Source of the DNA: Antedon mediterranea
Lineage: Eukaryota > Animalia > Echinodermata
Direction: 5' to 3'
Assembly: GCF_964355755.1 (NCBI RefSeq)
Contig: NC_092680.1
Coordinates: 6,324,001 to 6,388,000 of the forward strand
Length of the DNA stretch: 64,000 nucleotides
A program made the translations under genes and the position numbers. Below, piece after piece: positions 1-15,393 of this stretch. Every line of letters starts with the position of its first letter. Positions within the stretch are counted from its first letter, which is position 1. Under the pieces are notes generated by a model. The model was not told where the DNA came from, ran no database searches, and saw nothing but the letters and a program-made list of their open reading frames with translations.

Positions 1-210
1 GAGTATTGCGTTGCACAATATAATATATAAAAAAAAACCTTGAATAAGTAAGGACTTTTCATGAAAATGTATCCGAATAAAGCATGGCATGTCATATATT
101 GTAATTAACCAATCAAATGACAAGGATACATTCTATCATACTATTATTAAATAATTCATGGTAAAATGAGTGTCCAAATTTCTTTTTTTTTTATTTATGT
201 TTTTCTTTAG

Positions 211-4047
<3,837 letters not shown>

Positions 4048-4407
4048 TGTAAAAAGATATTGCAATAGACTATAGTAAACTGAAAGGCTGTCTCAACTCA
4101 ACTGATCAGTTACATGCACTGAAATTAACTGATAAAAACAATTTTACAGTCACCAGCAGTGGAGCAAAGTTTATTTCTGTTTGCAGTTCAACTTTAAAAG
4201 TAAATCATTAAAATGAATGTCACAATTTTAATTGTGTAATTTAAGTAAACAGTACTCGATTTAACTAGAAATCATGAAATATATTAATTTACAATTATAT
4301 TAAACTGATCATGACAGTTTTATTCTACTGATAATCCAGTAAGATATCTCATACTGTACTTAACGTAAAATAAAGTGACTATACTATGTATAAGCTTTAT
4401 AGAATGC

Positions 4408-4550
4408 TAAATAATCCTCTGTACGATAGAGATATGGTAATCCTAAATAATCCTCTGTATGATAGAGATTATGATAATATTCTGTATGATAGAGATTATG
4501 ATAATCCTAAATAATCTGTATGATAGAGATTATGATAATCCTAAATAATC
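4408..4550. repeat. Minisatellite (about 35-bp unit, about 4 copies) downstream of the ALDH7A1 stop
   Basis: Repeated ctaaataatcctctgtatgatagagattatgataatc with internal deletions. Confidence 0.8.
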
Positions 4551-7500
4551 TTGAATGAAAAATTATGAAATATGATAATAATAGTGTCAAACGAAACCAA
4601 TTCAATTCATTGGACATGCCTTTAAATATGTTTAAATTTAGTTCGATTTGCTGACTTACTGAAATATTGTGATCTTGGATTTCCAGGGTAAATTAGCACA
4701 AGAGGTACACTAACTTTTCTATTTAAAAAAAACAAAACCAAAAAAATTATCCAGTATTATAAATTATTGGGGAATTCTTGAAGAATGCTTGACTGAAATA
4801 AAAGGTTTATAAACTATGTTTCTCTATCTTTTTCATTTTATAATAAGTTGTTTGTTTACTATATTTTGTTTATTAATATTGTTGAAAGGTTTGCATAATT
4901 AATAAGCACAGATGTGCAGGTAAATTTAGGTTTGCGGTACTTGCCTAGCATTTTCCAGAAGACGGTTTGTGCAATATCAACCGAAACAACATTCTCAACT
5001 ATATTATTCCTTTTGGAAACACATGGTGTACTGCAAACGCAAACTTATATATTTTTTTAAAACTACAATACTACATTGAAATCTGGTATAGTAGACTTCG
5101 ATGGCTTGGTATGACTACAAGAAGAAGCAATAACTAGTTTTTCATTGGTTGAAGTTTTTTACTTTTCTCGCCCACTGAAAAAGAAATACATCTGATTGGT
5201 CGTTGTTTTGGCAACGTGCTGATGAAGGCTAGGTATGGTTTGGGACTTTGCAAAAGTAAGCAAACAAAAATACAGTTTAGGTTGAATAACCTATTAGAAC
5301 CATTGACGAACTATGCTGTATGTGGAGGGCGGATAATCTACATTATCTGGGCTCTGTAAGTTTGGGAAATTGTTTTCACTGGAAATGTATAAGCTTGCTT
5401 TATATATCAATGCATGGATAATCACAGCTATTCATTTTCTAGCAACTTAGGTGGTTTGAAATGACATCATCGACAATACATTGTTAACAAAAGCTTCTGT
5501 ATTACGCATAATAGAAATCAATACGATTATTTGTTGAATCTTCAGTGAACCGAAAATTCGGTGACCTACGAACGTGAAAAGGCTACAGAACATGTTTACT
5601 AACAGACGATCAACTACACGACTGAGCAACCTAGGCCTATAACGAGATTAAAAGGTATGATTTACAAACTATATCACTGATTTGCGTTCACATTGTTACT
5701 GATATGCTTGTCAATTTGTCAAGCAACACCATGGTTACCCGTGTAAACTGTATTAATGCTATACTTATTGTCTGTGAATACAATACGTTTTATTGTGTAC
5801 GATCCGTATACATGTTATTGTTATGAAGCCTATCTTTAACGTTAGCAAGCATACAAACAGGACATTCTGTTTTTATAATATTCGATGCTCATTAAAATAA
5901 CCCTAAAAATAAATATAAATGTGTTCAGTATTAGGCCTACTGTATTAGCATTTAGTTATGATTATAATTTACTATTCAGGATCCCGATTGATTGTATACT
6001 AAATGCGAGCCTTCTTCTGTAGGAAACGCATAAACATGTTGATAATTTCTGTAGTAATTGAATAAAATAATTATAATAATTATATGAGCGTAATATATGA
6101 ATACATTCAGCTTGCTTAGAAAGTCAATTGATAGCGTATATTCTGCGACATATTGTATTAAGCACGTCATTAAAAAATAATGGCATTTTTAATACAAACA
6201 AAAAAATGCTGTGCCATCTCTCATATTTTGATGTATGGCCTACTATTACGATATAACAGAATTATTAATTTAGTTGCCAAACCAAGAAAAAATGTCTCCA
6301 TGTAGAAACCTATTCAACTAAAAAAACAATTGTTTACTAGGCCTAATAACTTTGTTGACTAAGTTACCGTAGGATCTTACTATTATTACTATTGATTTTT
6401 AGGGTGAACTCAGCACGTGTAATGAAATAATGATTGATGATTCAACACTACTTAAAAATAATGTTTTGATTTACCAACTTCGCTTTGAAAATCTCGCTAA
6501 CCAATATCGAACGCCGAATTCATAGGCCTAATTCGTCAGTTACACCACGCAGTATGTTACAATTAAAAGGCCTACCTAAAAATAAAAATCATGCCAGAAG
6601 TATCTTTCTGTTTTTCAAATCACACTGCGTTTGCCTTTATTAAAGTTAAAATACATCTTTTCAATAGCTGAATTGTTTACATGTTTATAGGCGTGGAAAT
6701 AAAAGATCTAATGAACATTTCCTGAAGCTGAATTATTGAAAAGCTCTCTACTTTAATCTCAACTTCACTCTAATCGGAACTTCTACTATTTTTTCGCGGA
6801 ATAATGTTTTTATCCATGTTTTAATGTAACTGCATAGTTGACTTGTTACTTTATCAATGGAAATGCAATTTACCCAAAACACTCAATACGATTTCAATCT
6901 CAAAATCTGTAAATTAAAAAAAAAATTTAGCAAGAGGTTGTTCGAACTTCTAAAATACCGTAAATGTCGGTCTAATAACACCTCTATAATAAATCAATAC
7001 AACGTAATTGAATAAGTATATTACATTTAGTAACTGTTTAAATTTACATTTAATGAACAATGTAGGAGTCTTTTGATGCACCTGTGTTTTTCTACATCAA
7101 TACACAATTAGAAAAAAGGGAAGTTTACAATTTCAAAATCAATCAATTCAAACAAAATCGATGTGGTTCATTAATAGTTACTCAAGCTAATGTTCCCCCC
7201 TTGATACTTATTTAAGGTAGGTATGTTCAGTCCATGTGTAAAACTGCAATCGTATAGGACAAAACACATGAGCTAAGCAAATTTACCGAAGAAACGGCCG
7301 TATTTATTGCAGTTGACATAGATGTGACTATGGTATGATAAGAACAATGTTACGTCAATTAGGCCTATTGTTGGATTAAGTCGAGCCTGTTTGATTTATT
7401 ATTAAAAGCTATTGTTGCAGATGTTCTCAGATCTTTTAATTTAGTCACAAGTGGACAGACCACTTAGACCATCCTACACCCGATAATCCCTCTTGTGTTT

Positions 7501-7579
7501 AATACTGTTAAGGCCTATATAATGACATTTTATAACGTTCTTTGTGCAGGTCATACTGTGATGTGTTCAGCTAGCAGAA

Positions 7580-9924
7580 ATGGCAAGATCCAATAGTCTT
7601 TCACCAAGCCGGAATACCAAACGTCAATCGCCAGTCTACAATGAAAATGACTCTCCCTATATATTTTCTGAGGAGAATCATGCCTCAAAACTTATCCAAA
7701 GTCTTCAAGAACTGCGAAAGACCGGGCGGTTTACAGACCTTATTCTCAGCGTTGGTAAGCAAGAGTTCCGCTGTCATCGATGTGTTCTTATATCAATGAG
7801 CAAATATTTTGAAACAATGTTCACTAGCGATATGAAAGAAAGTAAAGAAGAACGGGTGCAGATACAAGGTGCTACTTGTAAAAGTTTAGAACTTATTTTA
7901 GATTTTGCATATACTGGATCAGTTGAAATTACTCGTGAAAATGTCCAATGCCTTCTCGAAGCTTCCGATTTCTTCCAAGTGCTACCGGTACGAAACGCCT
8001 GCATTGGCTTCTTATCAAGAAACATTACCCCCGAAAACTGTTTAGATCTGTACGTATTTTCTGAAAGACTTGCTTGTTCAAATCTGGCTGATGATGCCTG
8101 GAGGTTTGCGCTTGATAACTTTAACGAGGTGTGTAAAAAACACGAACCGTTGGAACAGACTTATGATACAATCATCAAGTATATCAGCTCAGATGATTTG
8201 ATAGTTGAAAGTGAAGAACTTGTGTTTGAACTTATCATACGATGGATTAAATTTGATAAAACAAAACGAGATACTTACTTGTCGAAACTTCTAGAACAGC
8301 TAAGGTTGCACCTTCTTCCTGCAAAGTACATCGGGAATACAATCCTAGCAGAAGAAATCGTAACTCGTTCCGATGTTTTCGCAGATTTTACCAAGATTTC
8401 ACAGCAACGTGCGCTTAGTGACCAGATGATGTTAACAAGGCATGAATACCGAAATACACGTTCGAGAAGGGTTGTTGTCGCTGTTGGAGGTGTAGGTCCA
8501 GCGAATATGAAAATGAAAGAATTGAAGTTTTTTGACCCAGTGGAACGAAAGTGGGCAACTCTTACTGAGCTGCCAAAATCAGGAAAGGCGGCATGTAGTG
8601 CTGTGGCTTTGGGAAACGATATTTATGTAACAGGCATGCAAGGGACGACTGCTCTATATATGGTATGTGTTAAACGACACAATCTTTCTAGATGATCGAA
8701 ATTATACATAATTGTTATTGGCGTTCGAACAAACATGAGATATTATTAATAAGACCACTATGACAGTTTAAAATAATAGACCTGTCAACAACATTCACCG
8801 AATTGAATTGGAAATGGTTACGACAATGAAGTCCAATGTATCAATGCATAATTTTCAGTATTTTATTACATATTAAATTAATTGTTTTATTTCTGTATAG
8901 ATTCGACGGAACAAATGGTTTGAATCGTCTGCTATGATCCAGTCTCGACAACGACATGCATCGGTAGCATTAGGGAACTATGTGTACGTCATCGGAGGAT
9001 ACGATGGACGATCAAGACTATCCAGTGTGGAGCGCTTTGATCCCAAGGAAAATAAATGGGAAAAGGTATGTGTTGCGTATGCGCATGCGTTGAAATTACT
9101 GTTGTATAAAGCTCTGTCAAACTTCATGTGACCAAAATATGATCTGTCCATAGGCCTATATGGACATGATGATGTCATATCACTGCCATATTTTGGCATA
9201 TCATTACCATAATGGCCACATCACATAACATAAAGATACCGTAGTGTAGACAGAGCCTTATGTGATGAGTTTTGTTAACTTGTGAATGTTGCTATGTTTA
9301 TATAAACCCACATGATATTAAGGCATATTCAAATATTCCTTCTTCCCTTTTTGTTGATCCTTCAATGCGTTGTTGAACTCCATTTTAGTTGTTATTCTAC
9401 TGATAACCATGTGGTGTTTTTAACAGGTTGCACCGTTGACTGAGGCGTTAAGCTCTCCAGCTGCTGTCATTTTCCGAGGAAATATCTACGTACTGGGTGG
9501 AGCATTGACAGGGGAGTCTGCATCAAACAAAGTACGACGTTACGACCCCCAACTTAACTCATGGGACGAAGTCGCGCCGTTACCTCATGCTTTATCGGGG
9601 ATCGCCGCCGTCACTCTAAATGACTACATCTATGTGGTAGGTTGTTTGTCTAGAATTGTACATCGGTATGATCCCAAGACGAACACCTGGAGCCAGGTGG
9701 AAAGCATGTACAGTACACGGGCTTTGTGTGCGGCAACTGTCTGTAATGATAAGATATATGTTGTTGGAGGGGAAAGCCAACCAAATTCGCCAATTGACAC
9801 TGTCGAATGCTATGATCCCGTCCTCAATCGATGGACTCCTTGTCAAAAGTTACCGTATCCTATAAAACTACTTGGTTGTGTGACGGTTACAAAAAGAGTT
9901 CACACAATAGCTTCACCAAAGTGA
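7580..9924 (+). CDS. Kelch-like protein (BTB-BACK plus six Kelch repeats; putative Cullin-3 substrate adaptor)
   Basis: Exons 7580-8662, 8901-9065, 9427-9924 (GT-AG, phase 0). BTB (FTDLILSVG..EFRCHRCVL..SKYFETMFT), BACK (NCLDLYVFSE...L.VESEELVFE...W), Kelch blades (VVVAVGG, IYVTGM, VYVIGGYDG, IYVLGG, IYVVGC, IYVVGG). Acceptor at 7548-7549 implies an upstream 5' UTR exon, possibly ending at 5654. Confidence 0.93.
9110..9257. mobile_element. MITE family A (Harbinger/Tourist-like), copy in Kelch intron 2
   Basis: Ends agctctgtc... / ...gtagtgtagacagagc; shared internal tatggacatgatgatgtcatatcact; TWA flanks. Five copies in the window. Confidence 0.7.
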
Positions 9925-11040
9925 TTTTTATTTTATATTGGAATGCCATTACAGTAATTTGAATAATGTAATTAAGTTAATCATTATACCAAAGAGAGCT
10001 TGAAACGGTAAATGTAGGCCTACTACGGTACTTCTTGTAGTGTGTGTACATTTGATTGTTAAGATAGGGTTGTGTGTGATATTTCATGTTGTTTGCGTAT
10101 TACAATAATCATATATACAGTAAACGACTTATTAATTATGATTTATTATCTACCATTTATTTCCATCACATAATATAAAGTATTTTGGCAAAGATATTAT
10201 TTAATTAAACATTAATTCATTTATAAATGCCTAATTCAGAGATTAAAGTATAATTCTGATGAAAATATAATATAATAAATTACAGTTTTAAAGAAAATAG
10301 TAACCAAGGTATAGTGTTCACAGCTATTTAGTTATGAAGGTTTAGTTTCTCGCAACTCTGAACCTTCTGTTTCCATAGCTAATTACTATTGATGGACTAT
10401 CATAGTAGGCTATACAAAAAAGTACTATTTAATGATCGTTAAATAGTGCGTGTTATTGTACGCCATGTGACGCACAATCATCCAATCAAATGACAGGAAT
10501 TTATTTAGGTGTTTTATACAGTATATTAAATTCCGATCTGAAAGCATTTTTTTACCCCGCGAATTCTACATGCTAAGATGTTTTTTCAACGATTACTGAT
10601 TCGCCATACCACGCTGAACACTCTTTATCTTTTCACATTGTTATAAGTTCTACTTGTGTAGATTAATGTGTGGCCTAATTTAGCACCTCTAATAGAGTTC
10701 AGTTTAGTTCATGCCTGCTGAGAAAATGACACTAAGATTATAGGCCTACTATTCCATAAAATCACAAATCATGAGAATAGTTTAATAATAATATGAAGAA
10801 ATTTTATCCGCGTGGGTATATCTAAAGGCCTACTTGAAAAACTAATAACAGTCCTGTTGGAAGTTTTTTTAAACACATTTTCTGTCAAGATGAACCTATA
10901 CTACGGTAACAAAGCAAACTACAAACACAAATTGCACCAGAAAAGCAATGTATATACTTCGTCAGCAGCAACGCACAAGAGTAGCCTACTTTTGAAAATG
11001 CTGGTGGAATTATAAATTAAACTGTTCACGTTCATCAGTA

Positions 11041-11823
11041 TTAAGCCTCTCTTTGTTCACCTTCTTGGTGGTTTTTGAAGTATTCTTCTATCACAGCAGC
11101 ACCACGTCTGCAAACCTCAATCGGTGGTGAAATTAACTGGTTGCCTTCAATATTTGACGAATGCGGATAATCCACCCAATCTAGACGCTTGAGGTTTCCA
11201 AAGTTCCTCGGCAGTGATCGTAGCTGGTTGGCACCAAGCCAAACATTGCGTAGCATTGTACAGTTACAGATTGAATCTGGTAATTCTTGAATTGAGTTGT
11301 ACAACAGAAGCAACGTCTCCAGTTTAACCAGTAAACCAATGTCCTCTTGAATAACAACTAAGTTATTGTCACTAGCGTCGAGGAATTCCAGCTTTTTCAG
11401 TTTGAACACCTCACGTGGTATCTCTTCGAAGTAGTTATTAGCCATGTGTAAGCTCTGTAGTTGCTGTAGGTTCTGAATAGAAGGCGGTAGATCAGTGAGA
11501 AGATTATTACTTATGGATAGACGCTCTAGATTATAGAGCTCTCCAACCTCTTGCGGAATGCAGATAAGTTCGTTTGTATCAACACAAAGTATTCGTAAGT
11601 TGACTAGTTTGTTGATTTGTGGTGGCACTTCGGGTAAGCGCCAATGCAAACATGACTCCCGTTCTGGGCTCAGATCTAAAAACTCAATCTTAACCATGGT
11701 GAACGTCTCGTTTGGAATGTCGCATAGTTCTCTTCCAGAAAGTTTTAATCTTTTCAAATTAAAAATCGGGTCTCGATCAAGACGGAGTTTAGTTCGTTGT
11801 CTTCGTGGTGTTACTGAGTTCAT
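11041..11823 (-). CDS. Small leucine-rich-repeat protein (about 260 aa, single coding exon)
   Basis: First in-frame ATG at 11823 (in-frame TAA at 11869-11871 upstream). About 8 LxxLxLxxNxLxxLP repeats and a C-terminal GNQLISPPIEVC..G...I.EYF cap. Probable 5' UTR exons at 12461-12602 and about 13175-13260. Confidence 0.88.
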   Translation of the reverse strand: MNSVTPRRQRTKLRLDRDPIFNLKRLKLSGRELCDIPNETFTMVKIEFLDLSPERESCLHWRLPEVPPQINKLVNLRILCVDTNELICIPQEVGELYNLERLSISNNLLTDLPPSIQNLQQLQSLHMANNYFEEIPREVFKLKKLEFLDASDNNLVVIQEDIGLLVKLETLLLLYNSIQELPDSICNCTMLRNVWLGANQLRSLPRNFGNLKRLDWVDYPHSSNIEGNQLISPPIEVCRRGAAVIEEYFKNHQEGEQREA

Positions 11824-14778
11824 CGTTGATTTTAACGATATCAAATCTGGTGGACATATGGTAGATAATTAAAAACACGACCAAACCAGCATCTATCGGT
11901 ATTCTGTTGAGAAAAATAATATGTACCTGTTAATTGTGTAACTCATGCTATAGCCAATATTGGCGGCTTTGGTTGCTATTTGCTCTATATACTCTCTCAC
12001 TCGCATTACGAAATACGTACACTAGTCTTAAGATATCTTAGGATATTAAGCAATACAAATCGATAAGTGTGTCGTTAACAGATAATCGCCTTGAAACAGT
12101 AATTTCTCAATCAATAGCATTTAACTGCTATTTTGCGTTCGATATCTCGTTACCGTGTTATTTGAAATAACATTATTAGCATCATCATAGACTCGGGTAT
12201 CTTTTTCATCGCATTATGTAGTGATTCTATAATACGAACATTGTAGGCCTACATTTGCAGATGATATCCTAATAAGCAGACAGACAGACTGTAATAACGT
12301 CTACATTAGATTATATATACATAGGTTTTACATTTTTTTTACAGAAAATTCACGATTCCAAAAACAAATTTCATATAAAAGCAATGTGTACATTATTGTT
12401 ATAAATATTTACTATACTATGTTTATATATAAACATTGAAGAACATAATACAATCATAACCTTCTTTCTCTTTTAATCGTATCAGTAATGTTTCTAATGG
12501 CTGTAGGAAACGTTCTTATGTCGCTCTCGATGTTTGGAAGTGTAAACTGGAACTTCAAACAACTTCGAGAGGATTTTATCTTCGGATATTTTTAAATCGT
12601 ATCTACAATAAAATCATGTTTAATTTTTTTTTATCAATCTTTATTACCTAATAATAATTTCCGAACATTTTTCATTTTAGAAAGAATTGAATTTTCGTTT
12701 TGGGTTAGTTTTACCAACTTATTTGGCTTCATAATTTAATTTTTGACAATCAAGATTATTTCATGAGAAATAGCCATGTACATCGCAATGAGTGGGGAAA
12801 AACATTGACTTATATTGATCACTTTTGTAGGCCTACTGGTAAAGAATTAAATGTATCCACTCGAAATATCGATTTTAAGGTCATCAAACTAACTTAGTAC
12901 ATGTAGGGAGATGCAAAACTCTCTGCTACATGTATGCCTACCCATGAAACTAAACGCGAGATACGCATATAATGCATACTTAAACTGCTATTAATATAAC
13001 CAACATGGAAGCATTCTATTTATTATTTGATCCTGTTGTAGACTTACATTTCCCTGTTTTAAATAACTGGGAATAGCAATTGTCATCAGAATAAATAACT
13101 ACGCACAATTTTGAGTTGAGGGTCAATAGGTCTAACGTTTAAAGTCTCCAAAGACATTTATAAGACACACTTACCATAGAAGAAGTGCAGTCGTCCGGGT
13201 ACAAGTCAACAATACGTAATATTACCAATTCCCAAGATATTATACTGGCAAAAACTTCCGCTAACAAACAATGAAATAAGTGTAGATCTATAAAAGCACG
13301 AAGTCCCGATTGGTTGCGTAGCGAATAAACTTACTATCTTTAGTTGCCTCAAGCTGTTTGTGTGTGTCATTTAATATACAGTAACAGTATAGTCAAGACA
13401 AGGTTACATGAAATTAAATTATGTTTACGTCAAATGTAAGAATTGCAAAAGGTGTCGGAGATATCAATACCAGTATGATAATGTATCAATCACTTCAATT
13501 TTGTAAGGGTGTACAAATTATCCATTGACGACTTACAAGTTTCGCCCTCTATTTCTTTCAAGGCCAGATACAATACAGTGTATACAAAACGTACCGATAT
13601 GATAGGTAATGAACGAGAACATCTTATGTAAACGTATTATCACTTGGTCGCTTTATTACAGTGAAAATTCCAACTCTAATGCACGTGTTGCCTAGATACG
13701 AAGCAAAATTGCTTGTGATCGTCATGACTACCAGCATTGAATTTAATGGAGATTAATACAAACAATGCAAAAGACAATTATAACAATGCCGGGAGCTTTT
13801 AATATTTTAATAGTAGTTATTCTTTTAAAATGTGTATACTGTATATGAATATTATTGTCATATGTAACCATAACGAGGAATGATACAATGCTTGTATTAA
13901 ATTACAGCTCAGTATAATAAGTACAGACAATTTCTATGTAAAAAAACTATGTTTGCTATTGTAATTTAAAGTAATAATACGTAGCAGATCCAGTGGGGGA
14001 ACTGCACTGCGAACATGCATCAGACAGTGTATTTTACAAGTATGACGTCAGGAGCTCAGGCATAAATAATGAATATTCATGATATATGCACGATAGTTTC
14101 TGCTTAAACCCAAAAGGAAAAAAAAAAATATGTGTGGAAACATATAGAGTCTATGTTATTCCTTATGACCATTAACACAAAGCGGTGAGCAGACGGGCGG
14201 TTTCCGCTGAAACTTCTAGTGGGACAAGCTACGCGGGTTTCCGCTTACCGTTACCGCTCGTATGTGTAAATTGCCTATTTATAGAAATTTACAGATCCAC
14301 AACTGACTCAGTGACCCAGCTTTGATAGCCTTTTACAATAAAAACTTGAGTCTGACAGGATGTTAAATTGATGGTTATTTACTAGTATTAAACATTATTA
14401 AAATCAGTTATTTTCATTTTGTATAACGTCATACTTTATTTTGATGAAGCGGCGGCAGCAAACATTCACAACATTATAACTAGCATTCAAGGACATCATC
14501 CTTTTTCTTATTTGTATACTAGTTCATCTCAAAATAATCTGTTTTTTACCATATTTTTCAATCAATTTTTAAATTGTAACATTTAAAACCATCAACGATG
14601 CAAATGATTGATTATTAATTATATCTTAAAAAAGAAATGTTTTTGTTTGAAAAAGACGGCAATTTTTTAAAGTAAAGTTTAGAAATAGAATAACTCATAC
14701 CTTGACTTCACTCAAAGTGGATTTTATGTTGCTACTTTATTCCATACTTTCTAACCCTTTTATGCTCCTGTAGGCTTA

Positions 14779-15178
14779 AGGCCCATTTACACTAGGACGA
14801 TAACGATAAATATATAAGCATGCATTTTTTTAAAAATAAAACAAAAGAAATTAGAAAGGCTTTCTTTCTAGAACTATAGGATAATCATTTATGCTGTCTG
14901 ATAAAAATAATATTTTTAAAATTCCAATCAAATGATAAATAAAAAAATAACATCATTTTATTGTCACGATATTTTTGCTCTTACTAATCATGAAGTCATT
15001 TGATTGGACATGTGAAAAATAATAATAATAATTTAGGAAGCATAAAGGAAGCATAGATGGTTATTCTATAGTTCTAGAACGAAAAGTTTTTGTATTTCTT
15101 TTATTTTATGTATGAATGAAAAATGCATATTTGTCGTTATTTATCGTCAACCATTATCGTCCTACTGTAAATGGGCCT
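14779..15178. mobile_element. Long palindromic MITE, Harbinger-like
   Basis: TIRs aggcccatttacactaggacgataa / ttatcgtcctactgtaaatgggcct; TTA TSD at 14776-14778 and 15179-15181; internal arms also complementary (ttctagaactatag.ataa.cat.tatgct). Confidence 0.8.
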
Positions 15179-15393
15179 TTACAGTAGGTTTATAGTACAG
15201 TACTATTTGCACAATAGAAATACAATACATTGTTAAATACACCAGCACCACATATCTTATATTTCATCGAATTCCAAGCAGAGCACCATGATGACTAATT
15301 AGCATAAATTTGTAAACAAGTATTTTACTTCAAACTTGTTGTCCATGGCTGTTTATTATTGAGTTGAGCACGTCTCCATAGATATGATAAAGA

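Noticed and set aside
4408-4550. CRISPR-like array
   Set aside because: Tandem units without unique spacers, in a eukaryotic context with no cas genes.
5218-5250. ctgatgaaggc hammerhead-like start
   Set aside because: No closing stem II or GAAA downstream.
7774-11872. Antisense or alternative-frame ORFs over the Kelch and LRR exons (7774-8025, 8978-9199, 9616-9846, 9656-9865, 11558-11872)
   Set aside because: Shadows of real coding exons with no independent motifs.
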